Below, piece after piece: positions 25,685 to 35,801 of a DNA stretch of 64,000 nucleotides. Source of the DNA: Lepidodermella squamata (taxonomy: Eukaryota; Animalia; Gastrotricha). Location: NCBI GenBank assembly GCA_047495785.1, contig JBLDXI010000015.1:4278001-4342000 (forward strand). The letters are read 5' to 3'. The position numbers and the translations under genes are program-made. The notes under the pieces are model-generated. The model was not told the origin of the DNA, did no database searches, and saw only the letters and a list, made by a program, of their open reading frames with translations. Numbering within the stretch: the first letter of the stretch is position 1; every line of letters starts with the position of its first letter.

Positions 25685-28600
25685 TCACGGACCCCAGTCC
25701 TGTTGGTCGTAGTCATCGCTGATCCCAGTCAACGAACTTGCCGGCCGAGAGCCGATGCTTTGGCCACTCCTGCCAAATGTCGGCACGCCCAGCTGCTGGC
25801 CGGGTTTGCGGGCGGTTGACGCGTTTTCAGGCATGCTCGCCTCAATATTATACCGCGCCATTTCTCGTTTGATCATCATATCATCCGAATCCGTTTCATC
25901 GAAATCATTCGCAGACGCGCCGAGACGCACGGGCTGGTCTTGAATGCTCGATGTAACGTCCATCGTGCTGACGTCATCAGTTGTACCCGACGGAGATGTC
26001 GCGCCCTCTTGCCGGGTTTGAGCAGCTGGTTGGCGACCGGGCGGCGAATTCGAAAATTGCATCACATGAGGAGCATTTCCGGCCTTCTTACCGGGCGATT
26101 GGCCACCAGTTGTTGCAGTTGCTGTTGAGGAAGCAGCGGCAACGTGGGATGGAACGACCGGTATTGGCGCTGGAGGTTGGCGCATCATTGGACCCCTGAT
26201 ATCAGACGCATCTTCCTCCGACGTCCACTGCGACTCAGTCGCCAACATTTCAGATCGATCAGCCCGAGCAGTCGCGCTCATCGAGGGACCTTGCGACCCT
26301 CGAATAGGCTGCTGCTGCTGCACGTTTTGAGCATGTCTTGGCTGCTGTTGTTGCTGCTGTGGATGGTGGTAACTCGACTCGGTTTTCGACATTTCACTGC
26401 GATAGGTCGAGCCGCCTGCCGCTCGTTCCCTCGCCATTTTATCAATCGTCGACAAAATCTGATTACGCGTGTTGGAGAAGAAATCCGGGTAGTTGAACTC
26501 GCGTTTGCGCCTCTCGTCCTCCAATTGAGCTCGCAATGCGGCGTAACGATCGTCCGTCAACCGCCTCTCACCTCGATTAATGCCGCGTTTCGCCAATTCC
26601 TGATCCAACTGTTCCATCATCTGCCGCCGAACTGCGCCATCGAGATCAGTAGCCGTGACGGATGAGTCCTCCGCAGATTTCGGCCTCAATTGCAGCCCAC
26701 TCGCCGAGGCACTGTTCGATGTTCCGGTGTTCACGCTCAAATATAACGTACCAGCCGGGTCGCCTGGGCCTGTACTTGCTAGATTGCCCATAGTCGCGCT
26801 CAACGTTGGCAGGGTCATCGAACCTTGAAGGGTGTCTGTAGGGGTGATGTGTTTACCAGGCTCCGATTTCGCAACAGGAACAGGCTCGGCCGTCTGCCAC
26901 TGCTTAGGCGGTGAGTTTTGACCGGCTTGTAGAGGGGACTGGGATGACGGTCGACTTGTAAGCTCGGAATCAGTCAAATCTCGATTTCCGTCTTCCATCA
27001 AAGCTACCAGGAATGGCTGGTCATTCGCGCGGGTTTGAGACGGTTCCTGATAAGTGACCTTTGGCAAAGCTGGTGCACTAGCTGGCAGGTGAATCATCGG
27101 CGGGATCTGTTGAATAATGCCTCCTGAGGTTGCCGATCGCGGCAGGGTGGTGTAATGCTGTTTCTCATGAAACTTGACCTGTGGCGCCGATTGCGGTTGC
27201 GTTGGGGCAGGTTGTTCGGCTAAATGAGGCGTTGAGGTGGATTTTTTCGGTGATTTGAATTTCGAGGCGATCGCGCCGAAAAACGATTTCTTTTTCGTCG
27301 GGGTGGTAGTGGATGTGGGTGTTGGTATGTTGTTTGAAGGAGGGACGGGCTGCAACGGAGTTGAACCGGTAGGCACGGCAAGGTGAGGCGAAGACTCGGC
27401 ACGGCTAGTACCGCAAAGGGTAGGCTTTGACATCTTTGTTTTCGGCATAGTGTGCGTCTGTACGACAGGTGGTTGAATGTAAGTCTGCGAACACAAAATT
27501 AAGACAATTATGCTTTTACTGCGATCAAATAATCAATGAAAAAATAGCTACCGAAGCATACGCCTAATTTACAGCTATTTCCTACTAGCGGAAATGAAGT
27601 CGAGCCCAATCTTCTAATAACCGAATGAATATAAGCCGGGTAGTTTGTAATTCTTATGCCGTCATTTTCATCGACCAAATCACTGCAGAATGTGAAGCTA
27701 TGACAATTTAAAGTTAATCTAATGGCTTAGGTATCATAAACAAGCTTCTTGAATTTGGGTGAAAAAAAAGGAAATGCCTTTGATACTTACAACTGCCTGG
27801 CGAGACTTCAATGCATCGTCCCTCTGTCGCTCAGCGGCCATTCTGGCGTCTCGTTCTTTCGCTAATTGAGCCATCAAATTCGAAATTTGTTCAGATAGCC
27901 CGTCTACGTGACGACGATTATCAGCAGTCAGCTGGTCGGCAATACCGCGAGACAACTGCAACACTCTTTCGTCCAGTTGGCTTGTGAAAGAAACAAACTG
28001 AGAATTAAGCTGACCGCCCAATTGCTCCAAAATTCGCTTTTCCTGCTTTTCATGTTCAACAATGTCATCCTCGAGTTGATTGCCGAAATTTGACGGTTTT
28101 GTGGGAGTATTCGATTGTTGAGCTGTGGGCGCAGGGGTAGGACTGATGCTCTTAACTGATTGAGGAGGCTGTGGCGGTTGAACTTGGATTGTCGGAATAT
28201 CACGCTGAGTTGTCCGCAGTTGCTCAGCCAAGCGCTGCCATTCAGTCATTTTCTCACTCATTTCCGTCAGCTCCCGCGTAAAATACGACTTGAGTTCATT
28301 CAGCTCTTGCTGGTGACGAGATTCGCTCGATGGATCGCTAGATTTCTTAGAGACAACTTCTTTCACTGTAATTACAGTAGGTTCAGTCGCAAGTTTCTCG
28401 GGCTGAGAAGGCTTAGCAGGAGAGCCAAGTTCAACGTTATGACGCTTCGCCACATGCAGTTTAAGGTAGTAATGGCTTAGGAAAATTTTCGGGCAATGAT
28501 CGCACTAAAATGAAAAGCAATGCTACCTTGAATTCAAGTTTATAGCGAAAATCTTACGGGAAATTGTTCCTTTGGCATGTTACCACTCTTCAAAGCGAGC

Positions 28601-29175
28601 AATTCTGCTTGATATTGCTCGGCAAGCAAGCGCCGTTTGTGACATTCCTTTTTCGCTTTCTTCAAAATTTCTCTTTCGGACGAGAGCTGTTCTTTCAATT
28701 TGGCATTTTCCTCCCTCAAGTTGACCAATTCCTGAGAATTTTTGTTGACTGTCGTTAACAGGCACTCTTGACAATGCTGGAATGAACATGAAATAAGTTT
28801 AAAAAAATGAGAGGGATTCGGTAACATACGATAAGGTATTCAACTATCAGCTGGGAGGTTTTGAACAGCTTCAGCAAATTTCTATCGACGGACGAAGAGT
28901 GAGCCTGAAAACAGCCTTAAATCAGGTATATTCAAAGCATATCATAAAATCTTTACAAATTCAGCGTCCACGTTGCAAAATGTTATAGTAAAGATGAGAT
29001 CTTGCAGTAGCTCGACATTGCCAGTCTCCCGGATTTCATCAGCGTCGATGCCTGCAACCTTCCGCCAATCCAAACCGAGAGTGCGCAGGCGAAACGCAAA
29101 TTTTGACGGTTCCAAGTTTTCCTGGCCAGCGCCAGTTGAAAGCATAAATGACGGTGGTCTCTGCTTCTTCGACAT
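25685..29175 (-). CDS. DZIP1: DZIP1/DZIP1L (Iguana) ciliogenesis zinc-finger protein
   Basis: Dzip-like_N motif F.FR.R...LDWRKVAGID...ITFCNV and LLKLFKTSQLIVEYL. A C2H2 finger CDHCPKIFLSHYYLKLHVAKRH, coiled coil and low-complexity tail follow. Confidence 0.88.
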
Positions 29176-29285
29176 TTTAAAATGCCTACAAATAAAACAA
29201 AATTAAAATTGATAAAACCAAATTTTATCGTAAGAAATTAAAGCGTAAAAATTGATAAACCAAAACAACTTAAAATTAAAAGTAA

Positions 29286-31280
29286 TTAGGAGTCTTTTTG
29301 AGTAGATAAAACGAAAACATTTGGCGTTGATAAAGAAGATGACGATGCGTTGTTAACATTTACAATTGAAACTGAGCTCGATGTTTGATGAGGTGAAGCA
29401 GACACAACATGATGAACGCCGGTCGTTGGCGATGAGAGAGTAGAGCCGGACACAATAATAGATGTGGCGATCTTCTTGCGGAAGGCTATAGGTGCCTGGC
29501 CTCTTTGCGGTGGACTCGCTAAAGATGTGCCGCGTTTCGGCACACTTTCGCCGGCAATCACCGCCCCGGCGGATAGCATGTAGCGCAATGATTGCTCAGA
29601 ACCGGCAGCTATCGATGAATAAGCCGTGCTCGAAGAAGGAGCTCCAAGTGATCCACCAACCGGCATTGAACTTGCTGCGTAATCGTGACACGCCACTTCA
29701 ACCTGATCACTCGATTGCGAAGTGGCAGTTTGCGATGGCGCGGGTAAGGTCCCTTCGTGAACGGACAGTATTTGACGCTGAGGAGCAGTTTGCGTTACGA
29801 TTTGGTAATGCGACTGTCGCGCTACTTTCGGTTTGGGACCTTGGGCCCGGTTCATCGAGTTAAAACTTCGTTTAGTTCCTTCCGTCTTAATAGTATGCAA
29901 CTCCGCGGGCTCAGGTCGAGAGGATCTTTCGTTTGGAATACCAGTAACGACAAAAGAGAGAAAGCTGTAAATTTCCTCAACAATCGCTGCATCAGCATCG
30001 ACTTGTCCAATGTTGGCGGAAATTTGTTTCGCAGAACATAAGTTCAAACGGTTGTCAGCTCCGCCCACCACAATCAAACGCGAATGAACATCATTCGGCA
30101 ATTTATCTCTAAAATCTTCGATGTCGTCTGCATTGGCCGAATCGGCGTACTGGCCAGTCACAAACATGATAGGAAAACGAATTTTCGGAAGGTTAATGGG
30201 ATCATTAGAATGTCCGCGAATTCCGTGCGCAAATGATACAACCGATGGGCAAAGACATATCACAGCGGCAACAGGATTCTCGCTTTCTTCAGAATCTAAG
30301 CTTGCGGCAATATGAAGCGCTGCCATAGCACTTGATCCCCATCCAAGCAGTACGACTTTCTGCTTTTTAGGAGGCCCAATACTCAAAGATCCGGTAAGTT
30401 TTGCCAGTGGAGTGCCGTCTTCGGTCGCAGATGATGATGAAACAGTTTGAATCTTCTTCACTGCGTTTCTCGTGTCTATGACTAAGTTTCTGAGCCATCT
30501 CTTCAATGAGAGTCCCGTGGTGGAATGCGATGCGCGGTGGCTTGGTTTAACAGATTTAACTTGGAAGAACTTTGTCATATACCAAACAAATGCCTTGTAC
30601 CTAGCCTCAGAGAACCAATGAGGTCGAGGCGGCAACGCGACACAAATTAATTCGGCAAGAAACGGCAAATGAGGTAATTTTGGCCTATCTGGAAGGATTT
30701 TCGGAAGCAGCGGTCCAATATGGCTCAGGACTTGCATTTTCTCAAACAATCCACGATATTTCAAGTTAAAATATGACAATAAATCAGACCATGCTGAGCA
30801 ATAATCAGGGGAGGGTCTTAAAATTCCATGAATCCAGAGGAACAGTTCACGCGAGTAATTTAAGCTGCTCATGAGCTTCAGCAACCGCAGAGATGCCTTA
30901 GATATGGCCATATGCCGCTTGGACGAACTTCCGTTCTTTTCCATGAGAGCTCCAATCGACAGTTGATAGGCTTTCAATATAGCAATCACATCGTTAAACA
31001 ACGAATTCTGTTCCGTTGACCATTGTGATTTATCGATTGCTTCCTCCCAAATGACATTTTCCCCGCTAACTGTGACCAGGTGATTAGATAACTTGGAAGA
31101 AACGAAATAGGGTTCACTGTCACAGACATCGATGATGTCATTTTCGGTTATCGCTTCACTCTCCAAATGACGCATTGGCCGATCCATGAAAAGATACCGA
31201 GATGGACATTTCGGAACACCGGATAAAGAGGCATGATGCTTTGTATAACTGTGATCGAGCGCAACAATATCCATAATCAT
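29286..31280 (-). CDS. KANSL3: KAT8 regulatory NSL complex subunit 3 (alpha/beta hydrolase fold), single exon
   Basis: N-terminal LDHSY motif, W...Q..LF, LLGWGSSA, AAVICL, RG...D, PIMFVTGQ, IEDFRDKL and LIVVGGADNRL. Confidence 0.85.
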   Translation of the reverse strand: MIMDIVALDHSYTKHHASLSGVPKCPSRYLFMDRPMRHLESEAITENDIIDVCDSEPYFVSSKLSNHLVTVSGENVIWEEAIDKSQWSTEQNSLFNDVIAILKAYQLSIGALMEKNGSSSKRHMAISKASLRLLKLMSSLNYSRELFLWIHGILRPSPDYCSAWSDLLSYFNLKYRGLFEKMQVLSHIGPLLPKILPDRPKLPHLPFLAELICVALPPRPHWFSEARYKAFVWYMTKFFQVKSVKPSHRASHSTTGLSLKRWLRNLVIDTRNAVKKIQTVSSSSATEDGTPLAKLTGSLSIGPPKKQKVVLLGWGSSAMAALHIAASLDSEESENPVAAVICLCPSVVSFAHGIRGHSNDPINLPKIRFPIMFVTGQYADSANADDIEDFRDKLPNDVHSRLIVVGGADNRLNLCSAKQISANIGQVDADAAIVEEIYSFLSFVVTGIPNERSSRPEPAELHTIKTEGTKRSFNSMNRAQGPKPKVARQSHYQIVTQTAPQRQILSVHEGTLPAPSQTATSQSSDQVEVACHDYAASSMPVGGSLGAPSSSTAYSSIAAGSEQSLRYMLSAGAVIAGESVPKRGTSLASPPQRGQAPIAFRKKIATSIIVSGSTLSSPTTGVHHVVSASPHQTSSSVSIVNVNNASSSSLSTPNVFVLSTQKDS

Positions 31281-32049
31281 TCAGATGGCTAAATTAAAAT
31301 ATGAAAAAATAAGCATGCGGTCAACGGCCTAGTGTATCAAGAGAAGAATGGAAACGGTAAAAGGCCGCCTGCAAACATTTATGAAAGTCCTGCAAAATAT
31401 TCCGGGCCGCCGTGATTCGAAATGATAATTTCCGCGGTGAATCCGAGGTAAAATTATATCAAAAGTTACAAGCCGCTATCAGATCTAGCAAACTTCAAGA
31501 ATATGCAAAACTTTCATGGTGCAACTACAGTATATTTCAATTGTTATATGAGCAGTGGGCGTCAATTATTGAATCAAATATATGTATTGGCAACGGATTC
31601 TGTGACTTGATCGCAAGAGCGACCATGTTAAGCAAATCACATGCTCTAAATTCTAAATGATCATGTTCCATGTTCTGCCAATAAATCGAGCTAAAAGAGC
31701 TACTCCTTAAGCCCTAAAGAGCTGACCGATGGATTTCTAGGGCCAGCAAGTTAGAAGCTAGAGGCTAGAGGAAGATGGCTTACTTCGTTATTCGTTGGCT
31801 TGTTGGTTGGTTGTTGGCAATTGGCAAGAGGTGGACAAATTCGCGCGCTAGACTTTGAATTTGAATTTTTTGCTTTCTTTAACTGCTCTGCCGTGTTATA
31901 TTATATTAAAATTAAATTATTTTCATTAGTGTACTCAATTTTTTTAAATAAAATTTTTATTGTGTTCATTTCACCTTCACCTATATAATTTGACATTTCT
32001 GCATCATCTTGTTCCGTATCGAAGTTGGTGTTGGCTGATGTCTTAGAAA

Positions 32050-34807
32050 CATTAGCGTGGTCAAACATTTTTTCTCTATGTGTAATCATATGTCCTGTTA
32101 TGTCGCGAATGGTCGCTGCAGTGGCGACCGTCAAGGCGAATTCACCTTTGTTGGCCACAACGGTCAATCCGTGATCGATTACTGTCTCCTTCCTCCAGAT
32201 TTGCTGGCGAGCAAATTCTCAACTTTTTCTGTTCGCCAGGATATCATTAACTCTGACCACTTTCCCATAGCATACTATTTGAAATCAGATGAGATCACAT
32301 TTAAGCAGACTAGCGCTTCCACGTCTTATACTAAGGTGCACTTCGATTCAGGTGCGTTCCATAATCACCTTTTAAATACTGACATCGACTCATTTGCGGA
32401 TAACTTACCTCAAATGCCTAACGATGCTTTGCGCTCTACGCTAGATCTTATCAGTAATTTTGCCACTAGAGGCCACATCCCTTATGATACTGAAATTATC
32501 GAGGCCGACTCGACCCGCCCGGATGTCGGGGATCATGTGAATTTTTGTTTATACAGAAAACAAGCTAACGCCTCGCGCAAAATGCGCCGCATATTAAATC
32601 GTAACAAGGAAATATCAGTAATCAACAGCGATAAAACTAAACGTTCTCTCTGGGTGGCTTTCAAAACAGCGCCTCTTTCTCCCCAAAATCAACCGCAGAT
32701 GCACGAATGGGTCGAATTTTTCGGGGAGCTCTACCGAAATCGGAATGTTGTCTCACCCCCACTCGAACTCACAACATCAGACCCAATACTGGATGCTCCT
32801 TTGACTATTGACGAAGTCAAAATGGCCATAGAACTTCAAAAAGCAGGTAAGGCGCCCGGCCCGGATGGTATTACAGCTGAATTCATGCAACACAGTGACC
32901 TGAATGTTTCTTTTTTCAGCAAGACGCTCTTTAAAATTTTTGAACCGTGTTTCCTTAGCTACACCCTGCCATCGGGACTAAATTTGTCTCTGTTTTGCAC
33001 CTTGTTCAAAAAAGGTGACTCCTCTAAGCCGGACAACTACCGGCCATTATCTCTTTTATCCGTAATATACAAAACTTATTCTACTATACTGAAATTGAGA
33101 CTGGAAAAGTGGTGTAGAATTCACTCGATCATACCTGAAGAGCAGTTTGGTTTCGAAAAAGGATTATCGCGCTTACACGCGGCTTTCGTCCTTCAGTCGT
33201 TGGCGACGTACCAAATCCACGTTCGCGGTAGAATGCTCTTTATATGTTTAATCGACTTTACTAAAGCTTTCGACTGCGTTCCTCACAACCGTCTTATATG
33301 GAAATGCCAGCGATTAGGTATCTCATCTTCCTTTGCCAAGAGATTGAACTCTCTCTATTCCGACGCTAAAGCCAAAGTGCGAGTTGGCAGCAAACTGTCT
33401 ATTGCAGACATCGCCATTGAACGCGGTGTTAGACAGGGTGACGTCTTAGGTCCCCTAATGTACAATCTGTATACCGCCGATTTGCCTCTTCATCTGGCTG
33501 AGAATGCCAAAAACCTATCAGACATTCCTAAGTTACTTTCTACCAAGGTACTTTGCGTATTATATGCGGACGACTCCACACCCACTGCAACTAACGCGGT
33601 GGATTTGCAAATACAGATTGATGCTATGTCGACGTATTCTACTAGAGAAGGGCTCAGCCCTAACCCCGGTAAAACGAAAGTTATCATTTTTTCCCAAGCT
33701 CCTGTTTCACCTGACCGTTACTCCTTTAATATGAACGGCGTACCTCTCAAAGTTGTAAAATCTGATTTCTACCTAGGCGTACCGATATCCAGCGACTTGA
33801 GCTGGTTTGAAGCTATTGAAAATGCGCTTACACGTGGCAATAGCTGTTACAACGCTCTTTCCTCTCATAGGATCAAATTGAGTATGATAGAACGCAATAA
33901 CTTGGATACACTATTTTGTAGCAAAATTGAAGCGGCGATGCTTGCAGGCTCCGAACTCTGGGGCCTCTTCGCCCCTAGCCGTGTTGCTAAATTGGACAGC
34001 GTCTGTTATAAGTATTATAAAAGAGCGCGCGACATTCCGTACAATGCGTCTAGTTTATCAACTGGTTTTGTTATGGGACTTATTCCCCCTAGCCTAAAGG
34101 CGAAACTCAATGCAGTCAAGTTTACATGTGAGCTGACGAAATGTGCCAACCCCTTAGTGAATGATGCTTTTTCTTTTTACTTCCATTCTCGTCCGAAGAT
34201 GGGTGTCTTAAATCCCATCCACGCAACTCGTAAATTTCTATTATCCTACAATCTGCCTCCCGACTTCTGGTTTATGCGTGACCCGGCAGTCATGGAGCAA
34301 TTTTTCAACCTAGTCAAAGACTGCTATGTTTCTGAACTATCTGTCAAATTTCATAATAAATATAATTCCAGCTACCTATTAGCCAGGGACGGTTACTTTG
34401 GCATTAGTAAGATATTCGAAAATTATCCACCTGACCTTAGAAATACTGCTCTGCGAGTCGTCACGAACACCGTCTTTCGCCGTATCGAACATTTTATTTT
34501 CAGAATTGATGATGTTACATGTATGTTCTGTGGTAACGTTACTCCTCTGAGCCAGTTAGCCTACCATATTTCTTACGACTGTTTATCTGTTGCTGGCCAC
34601 GACCCTGCAAGGCTGCTTAGTGCTGACAATAGAATTGTAAAAAATACCTTAATTTTCTTCAAACGTCTGGAGAAAATAGTTAGCACAGCCATTCAAACTA
34701 CTGTCTGAGGATTGGCAAATTACCTTTGACAATAGGGCTTTCCTCTGCCCAATGATCTAATTTGCTTTCTAGGGATCCTGAGGTTCCCTAGTTATGAGGG
34801 CAGGCAG
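32050..34807 (+). mobile_element. 5'-truncated non-LTR retrotransposon (APE-type LINE, RTE/RTEX-like) with 13-bp TSD
   Basis: Flanked by identical GATGTCTTAGAAA at 32037-32049 and 34808-34820. Contains one uninterrupted ORF with RT. Confidence 0.88.
32057..34708 (+). CDS. LINE ORF2: C-terminal part of AP endonuclease + reverse transcriptase + CCHC-like tail
   Basis: NGR..GD..GEFT..SVIDY and NSDHFPI (APE end). RT motifs KAPGPDG, YRPLSLL, QFGF, DFTKAFD, GVRQGDVLGP, LYADD, KTKVI and YLGV. C-terminal CMFC...H...DC. First in-frame ATG at 32078. Confidence 0.92.
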   Translation: MVKHFFSMCNHMSCYVANGRCSGDRQGEFTFVGHNGQSVIDYCLLPPDLLASKFSTFSVRQDIINSDHFPIAYYLKSDEITFKQTSASTSYTKVHFDSGAFHNHLLNTDIDSFADNLPQMPNDALRSTLDLISNFATRGHIPYDTEIIEADSTRPDVGDHVNFCLYRKQANASRKMRRILNRNKEISVINSDKTKRSLWVAFKTAPLSPQNQPQMHEWVEFFGELYRNRNVVSPPLELTTSDPILDAPLTIDEVKMAIELQKAGKAPGPDGITAEFMQHSDLNVSFFSKTLFKIFEPCFLSYTLPSGLNLSLFCTLFKKGDSSKPDNYRPLSLLSVIYKTYSTILKLRLEKWCRIHSIIPEEQFGFEKGLSRLHAAFVLQSLATYQIHVRGRMLFICLIDFTKAFDCVPHNRLIWKCQRLGISSSFAKRLNSLYSDAKAKVRVGSKLSIADIAIERGVRQGDVLGPLMYNLYTADLPLHLAENAKNLSDIPKLLSTKVLCVLYADDSTPTATNAVDLQIQIDAMSTYSTREGLSPNPGKTKVIIFSQAPVSPDRYSFNMNGVPLKVVKSDFYLGVPISSDLSWFEAIENALTRGNSCYNALSSHRIKLSMIERNNLDTLFCSKIEAAMLAGSELWGLFAPSRVAKLDSVCYKYYKRARDIPYNASSLSTGFVMGLIPPSLKAKLNAVKFTCELTKCANPLVNDAFSFYFHSRPKMGVLNPIHATRKFLLSYNLPPDFWFMRDPAVMEQFFNLVKDCYVSELSVKFHNKYNSSYLLARDGYFGISKIFENYPPDLRNTALRVVTNTVFRRIEHFIFRIDDVTCMFCGNVTPLSQLAYHISYDCLSVAGHDPARLLSADNRIVKNTLIFFKRLEKIVSTAIQTTV

Positions 34808-35198
34808 GATGTCTTAGAAAGCCGGAAAAGCGTTTGTCAAAACCTTGCATAAGGTTAAGAAACAAACCGTGTTAAACACTGCTGCACCACTTTGAAAAGC
34901 GATTGTTTTCTAAGAAAAGTTTTAAGAAAGGTTGAGAACCAAGTGTCATTTCGTATCATTTCGTCATTCAGCCCTCGAACGCTTGAAGTCTCAAACAATA
35001 TGACTATATGACTATATCTCAGGATCGATGACAGTTAGAAAAGGCGATCTATTTTTCTTAGATTCAGCTCATTCTCGGCTTCTTTAAGAGAAAGTTTACT
35101 CGGGTCTTGTTAGTTATCTTGGTTCCACTTTTTTATCTATGGCTTTATGTTTTGTTTCACCCCTATCAGGGTACAAAATACTAAATTGGTAATTTTAA

Positions 35199-35705
35199 AT
35201 GCCGAACATTTTGATTACGGGAACCCCTGGAACTGGAAAATCTACCATAGCCAAAAGAGTGGTTGCGGAATTTCCTCAAATGAAATTCATTGAAGTTGGA
35301 GAACTAGCCAAACGGGAGCGATGTTTCGACGGATGGGATGAGGATCGAAAGTGTCATATTCTTGATGAGGACAAATTATTGGACATTATGGAGGAACTTC
35401 CTGCAATTAAAGGACGCCGAGCCATCATTGACTATCACGCGTCAGAAATGTTCCCTGAGCGATGGATCGATGCCGTTTTTGTCTTGCGGACAGAAACGTC
35501 TGTGTTATACAGCCGACTTGAATCTCGAGGATATGAAGAATCGAAAATAAAGGAGAATGTAGAAGCGGAAATTTTCCAGGTTCTACTCGATGAAGCGATA
35601 GAGTCGTATCCTGCCGTGCCGGTTGTTGAGTTGCAAAATAACAGTGATGAGGATCTTGAGACAAATGTGCGGAAAATTGTTGATTGGATCAATGATCATC
35701 AGTGA
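35199..35705 (+). CDS. AK6: Adenylate kinase 6 (hCINAP/Fap7), single exon
   Basis: PNILITGTPGTGKST P-loop, ILDEDKLLD, IIDYH, FPERWIDAVFVLRT and ENVEAEIFQ. Confidence 0.95.
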   Translation: MPNILITGTPGTGKSTIAKRVVAEFPQMKFIEVGELAKRERCFDGWDEDRKCHILDEDKLLDIMEELPAIKGRRAIIDYHASEMFPERWIDAVFVLRTETSVLYSRLESRGYEESKIKENVEAEIFQVLLDEAIESYPAVPVVELQNNSDEDLETNVRKIVDWINDHQ

Positions 35706-35801
35706 TAGCTATTTATAACCAATCGTTTTCTTTTGAGGTAGAATTTTACTTTATGACCGCTAATACCTAGGACTGCAATCGTAACTACTCAACCGCGGTC
35801 A

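Noticed and set aside
34709-34770. HDV-like ribozyme (GGC-TTTCCTCT-GCC resembles P3/L3)
   Set aside because: P1 pairing is poor and no GG for P1.1 follows; such ribozymes usually sit at LINE 5' ends.
34745-34803. SECIS-like ATGA...TGA flanked by a stem after a TGA-ending ORF
   Set aside because: Helix II geometry is wrong, there is no apical AA, and the ORF is a LINE RT rather than a selenoprotein.
34821-35705. TAF9/AK6 shared locus as in vertebrates
   Set aside because: AK6 is intronless here and no histone-fold TAF9 ORF is adjacent.
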